Below the pieces are notes generated by a model, which saw only the letters and a list, made by a program, of their open reading frames with translations, had not been told where the DNA came from and did no database searches. The translations under genes and the position numbers were made by a program. DNA of 63,943 nt, filler included, from Kipferlia bialata (Eukaryota): the NCBI GenBank assembly GCA_003568945.1. It is 3 parts of 3 records of this genome, joined end to end, with 100 filler letters (N's around TTAATTAATTAA, not from the genome) between each part and the next. Parts side by side here need not be neighbours in the genome. Positions count along the whole stretch, not along the records: positions 25,934 to 51,642 come from BDIP01000208.1; 2 more parts are not named here. The stretch is one strand, 5' to 3'. Below, piece after piece: positions 28,059 to 42,902 of this stretch; position 1 is the stretch's first letter; every line of letters begins with the position of its first letter.

Positions 28059-28312
28059 CTGAAGTACAAAGAGAACATAGTAGCCAAGAATACAGTATCA
28101 GTAAGTTAGAGGGTATGGTCATCTGGAGTCAGAGTCGACGTGGGAAGAGGCAACACTTGTGGTATTTGGGGGGTACTTGTAGCACAAGAAGAATGACACT
28201 GACCAACTAGATTTACCCTTTTACAAAGGGGGAGAGGAAGGATGGGAAGGAGACGGGGGGGGGGGGGGGGGGGGGGGGGAAATATGCATATATATATGAA
28301 GACTGGACTCAC

Positions 28313-31300
28313 TTGACTTCGATCTCGCCGCTGCCTGTCAGGGACACAGTCTCTATGAAGACACTGCCACCTGAGCCACCACCGGCACAGGTGTAGCCAA
28401 GGGCTAGTGGGTGAGAGAAAAAGGAGGTAGGGGTTGTTTGGAATACATGAATATGGATCCTACTACACAATACTTCATTAGACTCTTCAAATAATAATAC
28501 TTCATTCATATGCAGGTACACGTATATGTAGGTAGATGGCACTCACTTCCGTCGGCACAGGACCCGTAGTCACCGTTGGCAGTGACCTGGGGGTGGGGGG
28601 AGAGAAGAAGAGATATCTTGAATGCGGTACATACTGTACCTGCCCATCCAGCTGCACTGTGCTGCCAGTCTGACCACATACTTACAATATAGGATACTGA
28701 TACCTATATACATATATATGTGTGTATATTTATAAAACTACATTAGTTACCTGTCCATCCAGCTGCACAGTGCTGGCTGCCAGTCTGACTGACCCTCCCC
28801 CTAGGCCATACTCCCCAGTGCCAAAACCACCTCCGCCCACACCTACGGGTAAGAGAGAGTGGTATACAGAGGGGAATAGGAGGTATATGATTACATGTTG
28901 ATATGAACTGTCGTGTGTACCTGTGAATGGGAATGATGCGAGTGTGGCCAGTGGCAGGTGTATATACACTATATTATATATTCACTAGTACATAGTATGC
29001 TATATACCATGCCTGCGAATGGGAATGACGCCAGTATAACCAGGGGTAGGTGTATATACAGTTCACTGCCGTGTATATGTATGTAGTACAGCAATAATAC
29101 CTGTGAATGGGAATGATGCGAGTGTGGCCAGGGGCTGGTATGTGGACTCGGTACAGGAGAGACCGCCCTCGGTCAGCAGACCACCACCAGCACCTAGTGT
29201 GAGATAACATGATATTGCAACACAAAATACGAGATATAGCACAAATGTACAGTCCATACACATACTAGAGGGCGTTAAGTACCTGAGAACTGGTATATGG
29301 GCCCCCCTCCCTGTCCCGATGTGTCTATCAGGCCATTGGCACTGATGGTGATGTCACCGGAGGCAACCTCAATGGTGCCAGCAGATAGTGTTCTGAGGTG
29401 AGTCTACTGTATACTGTAGTTACAATTTGTCTAACATGATACTGACAATATAGTCCAAGAGGCAATATCAATGGCACCGGTAGAGAGGGTGCTGGAATGA
29501 GTCCATGTCACAGACAATACTGGCACAACAATGGTCTCAAAGAGATACACTGAGGGATACTCGTAATTCAATACTAAGATATACTGTACACAACAATGAA
29601 TCTTAGCACAGGCTGAACCGTACCCTGTGAGGGAGAATGAGGACACAGCCACGAATGACATGATGGCCAAGTCAGTCACACTGTACTTGGGGGCATAGGT
29701 GTCATCAAACATGGAGTCTGATGCTGCACCCTTAACAACATGTGACACTCCTACACCCTTAGTACCAGCTGTAGAGGATGATGTCTCAGTCTCTGCCACA
29801 GTCTTTGTCTCCAGATATGCTGGGCACGTGATGGAGCCATTGACGTTGATGTAGCTGGGTCAGACTGAATCTGTGCAACAATAGAAATATATGAATAGTG
29901 ATGTAGCTGGGTCAGACTGTATCAAGACATAAAAGAACTAGCGCAGGAGAAGAGTCAAATATAAATGTATATATATACATATATATATACTAATATACCA
30001 CCTTGCGTTGAATGTCATGTCACAGTCTGATGTCTGACTATATAGGAAACTTACCGATACTATATATATACACACACACACACACATATATATATATAAC
30101 GATCTGATACCCACCTTGCGTTGAATGTCATGTCACAGTCCGATGTGACTGACCCCCCACTCTCTATTGTGATGGAGGAGGAGGAGGCGGTGAGGGTGGC
30201 ACTGGTTAGATAGCTAGTAAGTGTCTGAAGGTGAGAGAGGTATATGTGTATCATACATATATATATCTATATGATATGTATATGTATGGAGGAGGAGGAG
30301 GCAGTGAGGGTGGCACTGGTGAGGTAGGAGGTAATGGTCTGGAAGTCAGAAGAGAGGATGACACATACTAATATATATTTATACTATTACTATTATATAA
30401 TCAGTATCAGTGAGGGTGGCACTGGTGAGGTAGGAGGTCAGGGTCTGAGGATCAGAGAGAGAGACATATATAGAAAGAGAAGGGAGAGGCACTGGTTCGG
30501 CTATGACGTGAGAGATAATATATATATATATATACATCAGGGTGTGTAAACGAGTGCCCCCCACCTCATCATTTGGCGACTGAGCATACAAGTCCCCACT
30601 GATGGTGACACCGGCAGAGGACCCAAAGGAGATGGAGACATCCGTGCAGTCGTCTGAGTATGAGAGAGGTGGGAAACACATGTACTCAGGATATATATAG
30701 ACATATTACAAATATTCTCCTTCATACCTGGCTGCATTGAGTTGACCAGGTACACCGATGCCCCAGCTGTGATGTATAAGGGCACAGTCAGTATGTACCC
30801 AGTACTACATGATGTGGACAGGGCATCCAGCACGATGTCATCACTCAGAGTCACTATGGAGGAGGTGTCCGTGGAGGAGGCAGTCTCCACGTCCTGGGGG
30901 GAGAGGGAGAGAGAGTATATGTATGTATACATATATACTATAGGTATACATACAATAGTATAAAGAGGAGGCAGTCTCAATGTCCTAAGGTGAGGGGGTG
31001 GAGAGGGGGTGTGCACATACAGTTACCCAATCATATACACAATCAGACTAGGCCTAGCATACCTTGATGTTGATGGTCTTGATGGTGTCTGCCTCATACC
31101 CAGAGTCGGGGGTCGGGATGGAGACATAGCCTGGGGTGAGGGTGTATATATATAGTTGCAGTGACATATACACAATTACTGACAATCACTCCCTTACTGC
31201 AGTTGGTGGGTATGGACATACAGCAGGACTATCAAGTATATAGATATTCATACCTGGGCTTCCCAGGTAGTCACTGCCCTGGGAGCTAGACCCACTCGAG

Positions 31301-34300
31301 ACAGAGCACCTGCAGTGAGAATACGCAACTTACAACATAATGTCGATATTCATTAGTTGTGAATAATACAGAACCCTCTACTCGTTTGATCACAAAAGCA
31401 AATAATATAGTTTTGTTAGTTCTAAACCACTCTGTACCTGTTCTTGAGTTCTGTGTAGTCGTCTGCGTCAATGTCAGAGCAGGTGGAACCAGACTGGGGT
31501 GAGGGATAATGAGATGCATATACATAGAGAACAGTATGTAGATATATAGTTGGTCAGTCATATATGATACAAACCTGAGTAACAGTAATGAGTCCGCCTG
31601 ACCCTGTGTAGTCACAGGCTGTGCCTATGCACTGACCACCTGGGGGTCAAAGGGATAGATGGTATATATATGTATATGTGGGGAAGGTGGGATAGATATA
31701 TGAGGAGAAGAGTGTATATATACACACACTCACCCTCTGCCTCTATGTAGACACTGCTCCCCGTCCACATGTTGTTGAGACAGGGTATGTCCAGGGACAC
31801 TGACCCCCCTGATCCTGTGCCCTGGCCATCCACACCACAGACAGAACCATTGGCTAGGAGAGTAGCCTAGAGTTAGAAGGTATAGTATATACATATATAT
31901 ATATATATATGTATATATATATGTACTGGCCATCCACTCCACAGACAGACCCATTGGCCAATAGTGTAGCCTAGAGAGTTAGTAGATACAAAGAACACAC
32001 ACAAGTTGTATACACATATCCCATACACCACAGGTGGAGCCATTTGCTAGGAGGGTGGTCTTGTGTAGTAGGTCGATATATACAGTGAATATAAATAGTG
32101 AATATAGACACAACAGGTGGAGTCATAGGAAAGATGATATACATACACAAATATATATACCCAACATGCATAGTACCTCCGTTATGTCCATAATGCTAGA
32201 CTCCGTCTCAGCCGATGCCCCCGCTGTGAGGTATATGACACCCCCTGCCATACAGGTCAGAGAGGAGTCAGAGGTGGAGGGCATCCAGCCTGGGCAGCCT
32301 AGGGGTGAGTATATATACATATATACACACACACACATATACAATATATAGGTCAGACAGGAGTCAGAGGTGGAGGGCATCCAGCCTGGGCAGCCTAGGG
32401 GTGAGTATTAGTATATCTATATATTTACATATATATATATATATATAATCAAACTTTAACCAATTACCTGGGTACAGGTCGATGCTGCCAGCCGATGCAC
32501 TAGTGGGCAGGGATAGCGACAGGGCAGAGGGGCCAGGCATGGAGGAGGGGTCACAGCTGGAGGAGTGGCCTGGGGTAAATTGGAGCTATTCATACATATA
32601 TAGAGGGAGATATACAGGTAGATATAAATAGAATAGTGGAGGAGTGTCCTGGGAATAAGACAGTGGTACTAATGTAAACATAAATGTAGACAAAGGCAGG
32701 TATACAAGGGAGTGGCGAGTTACACCGGATGGAATGTCCTGGGATAGAGTATAAGAGAACATACTATATACATACACATATTCTCCTTACCTCCGAGAGC
32801 TATACTGCTACACCCTCCGTGTCCGTTGCACGTGGTGTCTGTGGTCTCAGGGGTGCACAGGGTGGAGACAAGGCCTGGGGTGGGAAAGTATCCGTAGGAT
32901 CTCTGTCTATCCCTAGATATATACTAATAAGCTTAGTCCACAAAAGTGATTATATGATTTCAGGGGTCGAGACCTGGCCTGGTGTTATCGCACACACTGC
33001 AGTCATTATATCTCCTCTCTCATCTCTTAACCATATGTAAATGAGTAGATAGAAAACCATTGTGTACCTGATGCATCGACGAGTGCCTTCTCCATGTACA
33101 TCTGGGGAGCCTCCACATAGACCAGTGGGGCAGAGAGACTGGCCTGGCGGTGAGAAGGAAAGGTAATACCTCAAATTGTAATGTTTCATACACAAATATG
33201 AATATATGTGTAAGAAATATGTGTAAAACATACACACCTGTCTCAGGTTGATATCCCCGCTTGACACCAGGTACAGTGCAGTTCCAGCCTCTAACACAGA
33301 GTTGAAGAGAGAGGCAGAGGCTGTCTCAATGGAGGCAGTGTCTGGGGGTTAGACATGACAATTCGAAAGATAGTAGTCTGTGCGAGAATGAGTAAAGATA
33401 TACTAGAACACATTCATCCACTGTAGATACCTCCCACCACGAGAGATGCAATGTCGATGTCCTCATTACGACGTAGACATATATGGAGAAAATAATATAG
33501 AAGTCTGTAAGAGATTGAGGATGTGGAAATAGATGCTAGGGTATAATCACCGCACCTCCCACCACGAGTGATGCAATGTCGATGTCCTCATTGTCGTCAG
33601 AGACAGTCAGGTTGTCTGCATCAATCTCTGAGACAGAGACTGAGGCAGCGTTGAGGTACACATCGCCACCTGACGTGAGAACAAGGAATATACACAGTAA
33701 AGACAGTATCAAGAAGAATATATACACCCAATATGAATTCACATAACACATGTGCCATAGTACCTGCATAGAGTGACGTGACTGCCACAGTGTGTGCCCC
33801 TATGACGACATCTGTCTCTGAGTATATGGATGATACCCCGACACTGCCGGTGGAGGCATCCGAGGAGAGGGTCAGGCTGGACACAGATATCTGGGGGGTT
33901 AGTCAGTGCATACTCCGGAGACACGTCAATTACAATATACTCTTTACACTAGAGGGTGGACACAGTAATAGACGGGGATACGAAATAGGAAGAGACAGAA
34001 ACATGAAGAGCTGCTGAAGTATTGGCACTATACCTCAGTGAGATCGATGCTGGTAGGGCTGCTGAGAGTGACACTGGCCCCTGGGGCACTGATAGACAGC
34101 ACATCGAGCACATTACTCGATATGGCCACATCCCCAGTGCCACTCACAGATATGCTACTTACGCTGAGTAGGGTGGATACCGCGAGAGAGAGCGAGGCAG
34201 AGAGAGAAAGGGCCAGGCTCCTGAGGGTGTCACACACTACATCTAGGGCTGTGGCTGTGATGCTGGGGATGGATACTAGGGTACCGGCTGAGATTGTGAC

Positions 34301-37300
34301 TGAATTGTCTGTGACAAGGGGTGACGAGACACGGACAGAGAGGGTGGAGGAAAGGGAGAGGGGGCATGGGCTGTCGACCGTGTTATCTATCACTATGCTC
34401 TGACCGGTGATGCTGTCGCCAGAGTCACCGGAGGCACATAGGGAACGCTCAACCTAGAGGGTGAGTATCCAGAATAATAACTATAACTAAATACTATACA
34501 CATAATGTATACCCATTGGTGACTAGGTGATTGTAGCGCACTATACCTTGTAGAGCTGTACTGCCCCACTGCCTGATATGACCAGGTCTCCACTGTATAT
34601 GGACACAAGACCGCCAGATGTGACACTTGATCCAGTCAGAGTCACACCACCAGACCCAGTGGCACCAATCGAGTTGACCTGGATGGTAAGAGTACAAATG
34701 GTATGTAGTGAATGCAAAAGAGAAGTATCTAATAAGTGTCAGTGTGTATGAATTGTACTAACCTCAACCCCGCACAGAGTGTCGGCCGTGTCCTTGCATA
34801 CACAGGTGACACTGGCAGCAGAGCACTCGTCGACATTGAGTGAGTTAAATGCTGTGGCTGACAGGGCCCCTGTCACACTTGTCACAGACTTTGCAGATAG
34901 GGTGGAGCTGTTGATGGTGACCCCGGATGCTGCACTGACCGCGTTGAGAGTGACGGTGGGCTTAGTGGCAGGGGTGTCTGCATACCCAATAGTGAGGGAC
35001 GCCCCACCTGTCAGGGTGCCACCCACACCCACTGAGACTGGTGTGGATAGAGACACAGCCCCAGAGACAGAGATATCCCCTCCAAGGGTCACAGTATCAG
35101 CAGTGACTGTGAGAGACCCGTCTAGAACAGAGAGGGATCCGTCGATGTCCACACCCTCTGCCACTATAATGGCATCACCAGTAGAGGCACTGACATCACC
35201 CGAGACTGAGAGGGACGATGTGCACGTGGCCTGGCTACCCACTGTGAGGTGGCTGCCAGTGTACATGTCACCTAGAGACACCCCATTGCATGTAGACAGG
35301 GTCACGGCATCGGTGGAGGAGAGAGTGCCGCCAGAGAGGAAGTCCGCAGTGAGGGTGACAGCCCCTGCACAGGATGTGGTGTAGGGTGAGGCTGGGAGGG
35401 AGAGTGACCCAACTGCAGTCACAGTCATTGCACCCATGGATGATGCACCTGACACACTAGCAGAGCCAGTGCTGTCTATAGTGACAGGGCAGGAGGGTGT
35501 GGTCAGGGAGTCAATGGAGAGAGAGACATCAGAAGGAGCAGTCTCACTCTCAGCTGTGATGGCTAGTGCCGTGCATATACCCTCTGCCTGCACTGCACCC
35601 AGCTCCATATCGGCATGGGAGTGGATAGTGATACCCACACCCACACTGGTACTGACATTATCGACAGAGACTGACTCGATGTCCACACCTAGGCCTTCGA
35701 TGGTCATGTCCCCACCTGCAGACACAGCTCCAGTGGTGATGTCACAGTAGGTGGTATTTTCCACGCATGACAGGGATAGGTCTCCGTCTGTGGACACATC
35801 CCCCAGTGACATGGCAGAGAGAGAGGTCAGTGAGACATCACCAGATGCCACAACTCCAACTGCAGTGGATATGGATGCACAGGAGAGAGTGACGTCACCA
35901 GTGGATACCACAGTGTCAGCAGAGAAGACACATGCCGGGGAGGCACTCAGGGAGACACCCCCTGCCTTGAGGGAGGATAGCTCCACACTGTCTGTGACAG
36001 AGAGAGTGACACTGCCTGTCACACTCACTCTATCAGTGGAAAAGAGATCAGATGCAGCTGACACCACCATGTCTCCACCAACATCCAGAGAGGGAAGTGT
36101 CACCACACCCCCTGCAGATAGCACAACACCCCCACTGACTGTACCCTGCAGTACATCGATATCAGACGTGGCAGTGAAGGTGGAGGTGGCAGTCTCGTCA
36201 CTCCCAGTCAGAGTGGTGAGACTCACATTATCTGCTGTCACAGAGTTGGTGACACCGCCCATTGACATACTGTTGACACTCATGTTGCCGCTAACTGCTA
36301 CAAGAGTGTTTCCAGCGACAGACAGGGTGTCAACCAGAGATAGAGAGGCACCAGCTATGTCGACACCTCCACCTATAGTGCTGATGGAACCACCAGAGAT
36401 AGCTGCGGTACCAGACACAGTGAGGGCACTGGTACCCTGTGTCTCCAAGGTGTTGAAGACTACACTATCCACTGCAGAGAGGGTGAGGGTGGTGTATGCT
36501 GGGATGGTGACCTTGGCTGGCTCTAGGGATATACCTCCAGTGGCAGTAAGAGAGACAGATGTCTCTGTCCCAGAGTCAGTATCTGTGAATGACAGACTAT
36601 CACTCATAGTGATGTCAGTACCGGATACAGTTAGTGCCTGGGACACAGATACACTGTCCAGAGAGACATCTCCTCCAGTGACAGAGATATCAGCTGTATC
36701 GGATGTCACACTTGACACATCCACACCACACAGGGCACTGGTGGAGGGGTGTACACAGGTGAGGGTGACGTCGGTAGATGCAGATACGGTATCGAGTGAG
36801 ATGTCCTCAGTCACACTGTAGAGCGAGACACTCCCACCAGTGCTCACCACACTATCTCCAGTCACCCCAGCACCATACACTAGCACATCCCCTGATGCCT
36901 CTATGACAGGTAGAGATATACTGGCTGTGCTGAAGTGGGCGGGGTCGCCATCCAGGGCAGGGGGGTTGACCTCCAGGCTGAGGAGGGAGAGAGAGTATAC
37001 ACTGAGGGGGGCAGTGGTGAGTGCACCAACAGTGAAGACAGCTGGTACGTCACAGGACATGCTGCCCGTCACGCCAAATGTAACCGTGTTGCATGTCACA
37101 TCCACACTCTGTGTGGCTGGGTCTCCACCAGATATGGTGACATCAGCACCGTCTAGGGAGAGAGAGTCCGATGTGACCAGGAGGGACTGCCCTGTGAGGG
37201 TACCGGAGACATCCACAGCACCCGTGGCACTGAGAGTGATATCGGTAGTTGCCTTGATGATACTGGCATCGATAGAGTCAGCAGTCAGAGAGACTGATCC

Positions 37301-40300
37301 ACCGAAGGAAGTGTAGGCACCAGACACAGCCCCTAGGGCACTCACATCAATGTTACCAAAGATGTATGCACCATACTCACAGTCAAGACTCCTCAGGGAG
37401 ACAGATACATCACCACCGTTGGTGGTAACGGTGTCAACGGTCAGGTCTGCGAAGCCAGAGAGGGATATGGACCACGCAGATATGGAGTGCACTGACATCG
37501 CGTAGGTATCAGCGGAGTTGGTACCAACCACACCAGAAATGGCACCCACTAACAAGGAGCCGTTCTCGACGGATAGCGCCGACAATGCCAGAGTAAGGGC
37601 GGACGCGTAGACTGATTCATGGAAGGAGTACTCCCCACTGACACCGAGGAGGGAGATGTCAGATGCTGTGGATACCAGACCGTAGACAACAGCTGTCCCA
37701 GTTACAGTGAGTGTAGTGACACCATTAGTGTACACGTCACCTGTGATAGAGATATCCTCGCATGTCACGTCAGTCTGATGGGAGGTGTACAGGTCCCCTG
37801 TCACAGAGACGGATAGAGTGTTAAGGGTGCCGTCTAGAATGTCGTCTGCAAGGACCAGGGTATATGCACGGATGTCGCCAGATACGATCACACTGTCAGT
37901 GACATACATGGTCACGGCAGCGCTCTCACCGCGTAGATTCTCGCACTCAAACTGGGCAGCAGTGACCGCTATAGTGTGTCCGTCTGCGGTGTCTGATGCG
38001 TAGCTAGTGACATCTCCGTTGACGAGGATGGAGCCAGTGGCAGAGAGGGACATGTCTCCATCCGCACTGACTACGTCCCCACCAATAGTAACTCCATCAG
38101 CTGTGAGGGTGATGTCAGTGTCAGAGGTCAAGGCATCAGTTACTAAGGAGGTGGCTGTACCACCTGACTGAGCCAGGGTGATGGAGAGTACACCCCCACT
38201 GGTGAGAGGGCTCTCAAGAGTCACACTGGTACAGGTACCAGAGAGAGAGAGAGCACCCCCTGCAGCCAGGGCAGGTGCCACAGAGACAGTGTCACTCACA
38301 GTCAGACTGAGGTCACCAGCGCTGGACATACTGTTCAGTCTGCTGCCTGGGAGTTAGGGATTACATAGTAACAAAACATACTCAATTTAGAAGTGAAGAA
38401 GTAAAGGAATTCATGGTCGTGTACCTTCCACCACCAGTATGTCACAGGTGACTGCCAGAGCCTGTACACTGAGGCTGTCCACCTTGGACCAGTTCCATAT
38501 GAGGTTGGTGCCAGTCAGGGAGAGGGAGTCAGTGGCAATGACACCCTGGCGTGAGGGGGGGGGGGAGGACCCAGATGAAGCAGAGCAGAGTGGATTATAC
38601 AACAAATGGGTCATTATATATATGTGTATACGAATATAAATACCTTGATGTCGATGTTGTACTCTGGGTCGGCTGGGTCATAGTCCACAGCCAGTCCATC
38701 TACAGTCACAGAGGCTGCAGAGACATGGCTAGTGGGTGATGTCACAAGGTCAGAGCTTGTCACAACAAGACCATTGGTCACATCGGCAGTGTGGAGGGAG
38801 ACGGAGGTGGCAGACAGTGTGACAGCGTCTGAAACGCTCATGCTTGTCACAGAGACAGTGGTGGTAACGAGAGGGTCACTCATGTCTGTCGAGACAGAGA
38901 GAGTGGCGCAGGAGACATCCTCTATGCTGCAGGATAGGCACCCAGTGACAGAGAGACCGTGTGACTCTGCGTCCACAGTGCCTAGTGCCACTGCCCCTGT
39001 TGCTGTGACAGTCATGTCACCAGAGAGGGAGAGAGAGGAGACGGAGAGGCTGGCTGTGGATACAGTGTGGGCACTGAGGCCTGAGCAGTCGAGGGAGGAG
39101 AGAGAGAGGGTACCACTGTTGGAGAGGGTGCATACGGAGGCAGAGACAGCACCCGTGGAGACACCGTCACCAACCACCTGAGGAGTGAGGTATGACTCGA
39201 ATAATGTAGTGTTACAGTATGATGACAGAGCCCATACCTCCAAGGTCAGTGTACCCCCAGCAGTCACGTCAGCAGAGAGTGAGAGGTCGCTCTCGAGGTA
39301 CACAGTCAAGTCCCCAGTAACTGTAATAGATCCAGTGGATGTCAGGGTGGATGTGTACAGAGTCATGTCTGATGAGACTGACACAGAGGAGAGGAGAGAG
39401 GTCGAGACACCGGCTGCCTCGGCTGCATTGATGTACAGGTCGGTGGCTAGGAGACCGTCGCCCTGAAGATGAGAATAGAATATACATACATATACACATG
39501 GATCTCTTCTAGAGTGCACCGTACCTCCGTGTAGGTCGACATTGTGAGTGAGTGGGTGGGTGACAGAGTGATGGTACCCACAGCACTGATACGGGTGGCC
39601 TCGAGGTCATAGCTGAAAAGGTGAGCAGTCAGTAAAAGGGGAATGAACGTATTGGGTAGATATACATTGCATTATACATGAACTATGTTTCATACCCTGC
39701 TAATACTGTAGAAGTGCTTGTCACCCTTGTCACAGAGACAGTGGAGGCACTACCCGATGAGGACACATCCACATCAATGCCAGTCACACTGGTGAGGGAA
39801 ACAGCGCCACTGGGGGTTAGACACTCACAGTGGAAAACTATATACATAAACTAGTATGCTACCTCCCGGCCACTGTGACCCCACACCCTGTGCACGTGAC
39901 AATCTCTCTCTCTATATACACTAATACATCATATATATATATATATAAGAATACCACACCTCCCGGCCACTGTGACCCCACACCCTGTGCACGTGACAAT
40001 CTCTCTCTCTCTATATACACTAATACATATATATATATATCAATACAGTACCTTCCAGCCACTGTGACCCCACACCCTGTGCACGTGACAATCTCTCTCT
40101 CTCTCTATACACTAACACATCATATATATATATATATATATAAATACATTACCTCCCCGCCACTGTGACCCCACACCCTGTGCACGTGAGTGTGTCGGCA
40201 GAGACTGCACCCCCAGTCACAGACAGGGAGGAGGAGGAGTCCACATACGTGACCTGAGGGTGAGGCTAATTATTCACATATATACACACATAACCTATTG

Positions 40301-42856
40301 ATAGACAACGCTCAGAAGAAGAGAAGAAGGTGATCTGAGACTGAGAGATACAGCGTAGATACATATCCCCCACCTCAACGTCGTATATGTCTGCGCTAGA
40401 CCCAGCTGTGCATGTGTACTTGGATGCAGATACAGAGGCAGAGGGCAGGGTGACAGTGTCAGCAGAGAGTGCCACACTGACACCAGACACAGACAGGGAG
40501 GCAGACTGGGTGATGGCACCGCCTGGGGTGGGTGGGGAGATACACATCTACTCTAACAATAGTTAAATACATACACAACTACAATGTCAAAGTACAAGTA
40601 TGAGTGTGTATAGGTGCATATATGTATACCTGCTGCGCTTGTGAGTCCGATGACGCCACTGGCACTGGACAGGGCACCGCCTGGGGTGAGGATGGATATT
40701 ATATATACATTATGATTACATGAGTAATGATATATATTAATATATATATATATATATATATATGAACTGGCACTGGACAGGGCACCGCCTGGGGTTAAGA
40801 TGGATATGGAATATACAATATAAAAGCCTGGTATATACACTGGTATATATGTGTGTGCTAACACTTGACGATGTGCCGCAGAAGGGGGTCAGGGTGTCTG
40901 GAATACCCATAATCCAATCAGAGTACAATATAACATTGGCTTCAGTACCTAGTGACAGGGAGTCGAACCCACTGACGCTGATGCCGCAGTTTGTGTCTAT
41001 GGCAGAGACAGTGACAGATGCACTGTTGGCTATGGTGACACCCACGCAGGATGCAGCAATAGAGGTCTCAGAGAGAGTGGCCGAGGTGGTCACACTGGTG
41101 GTGCCTGGGGTGAGAGAAGAACAACAATCACCAGAAGTACTAGATTAGCATGGTAGCATACAAACCTTCCAATGTGATTGAGTGATCCACAGTCACTGCC
41201 CCAGTCAGTGTGACATCTGTTGCACTTGTGACACTCAGGGTGTCAGAGGCAATGGCCCCACTGATGGAGACAGCCCCAGCCGTGCTAGTCACTACAAGGT
41301 CATTGATCACAGTAAGGGACCCGGTGGAGGTGTCTCCAGCCTGGGGTTAGAACACACTTATGATAAATAACCATCACGGTTAGTAAAATACATGTCACGT
41401 ACCGAGTTGAGTGTGAGTGCCGTGGCGTCTATGGGCACTGATAGACCCAGTGTGGATGCACTGGTCAGGGTGGCTGTCAGAAGGTACAGGGAGGAGGTGT
41501 ACGCAGAGCCAGAGGGTCTGGGGGTGAGGAAGGTGTGTAAACAGACACTGTAATAGGGCTGAGCCATTATAAAGACTGTACCTTGCAATCTGGACCCCTG
41601 TATCCAGGTAGAGAGACCAATAAGTGTCGACGTGTGAGGAATACATGTATACATACATCGTAGAAGTATGACAGAGCAAGTCTTAAGACTGTACCTTGCG
41701 ATCTGGACCCCTGTTGTGTCACTGGTGACTGTGAGGGTGGAGCAGGAGATGACACTCTGGGTGAGATGACCTGGCATGGTATAATTATATATCTATCAAA
41801 AGTAGTAAATATATCATTCATGAAATGCTTATTGATACATGGGAATAGGTATACTTACCTGAATTGTTGGGTTTGGGTCCAGTTCCATGATAGTCAAAAT
41901 ATCCTGTATATAGATCTATTGATACATAAATACATACCTGTATTGTTGGGTTTGGGTCCAGTTCCATGCTGACTATGGATCCAGAGACAGACACAGTGGC
42001 AAGGGGGCCACCGCCAATCTGACGGTGAGAGAGTACGTAAACTGAATAGAACCTTAGAGTCACTCAGCACTGTCAGTATCAGGACTCATCATGTGAATGA
42101 ATAATGAACAGAGTACTATATACAAATGTATACAAATAGTACTGTTAACAATACCTTAGAGTCACTGGGCACTATCAGGCCTGGGTCTGCTGTGAGTCCC
42201 TCTATGACGACAGAGTCAGGGGTGACATAGACACCGGAGGACAAGGTGACAGAGGGGGCAGACAGCGTGATGGTGCTGGGGTTAGGAAGGGGGGGAGAGA
42301 GAGAGAGAGAGAGCACAGGGTGACAGAGGGGGCAGACAGCGTGATGGTGCTGGGGTGAGAGGGAGAGAGGGAAGGGGGGAGGGGGGAGGGGAGGGGGGTG
42401 ATGGTGCTGATATTCTGGGAACTCATCGTATATATATAGGGAATAGTGGTATCTTACCTCCCACTAGCGCTTGGCTGCAGACTGGTTGTGACCAGCATCT
42501 GCATGTCTGTCCCTGTCACACTGACATCGAGTAGGGTGACACCACTGTACACACCATTCAGGGAGAGGGAGAGAGAAGAAGACCTGAGGGTAAGTACTTT
42601 ATACATATACATATAAACAAATATGGGTATATATATATACAACATAGTTACACCACTGAGGAGGCCCTAGACATGAGAGGACGAAACATATGAACGAGAT
42701 ATATGTCTCTGACATGTAGAACCTGTGTGACATTGTGACCGAGTAGCACTTTGGCTGGAATGTGCTGTCCAGAGTAAGTGATGTGGCATGGAGAGAGATG
42801 GAGCCAGAGGCGGCATTAGCTGCAAAGGCTCCACTGGGAATGAGTGGAATGAGAAC

Positions 42857-42902
<46 letters not shown>

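Noticed and set aside
34779..38003. Long plus-strand ORFs (201, 356, 158 aa and others)
   Set aside because: They are antisense shadows of the 1196-aa minus-strand exon caused by codon bias. The same applies to 61286..61885 (-) and 22742..23329 (+).
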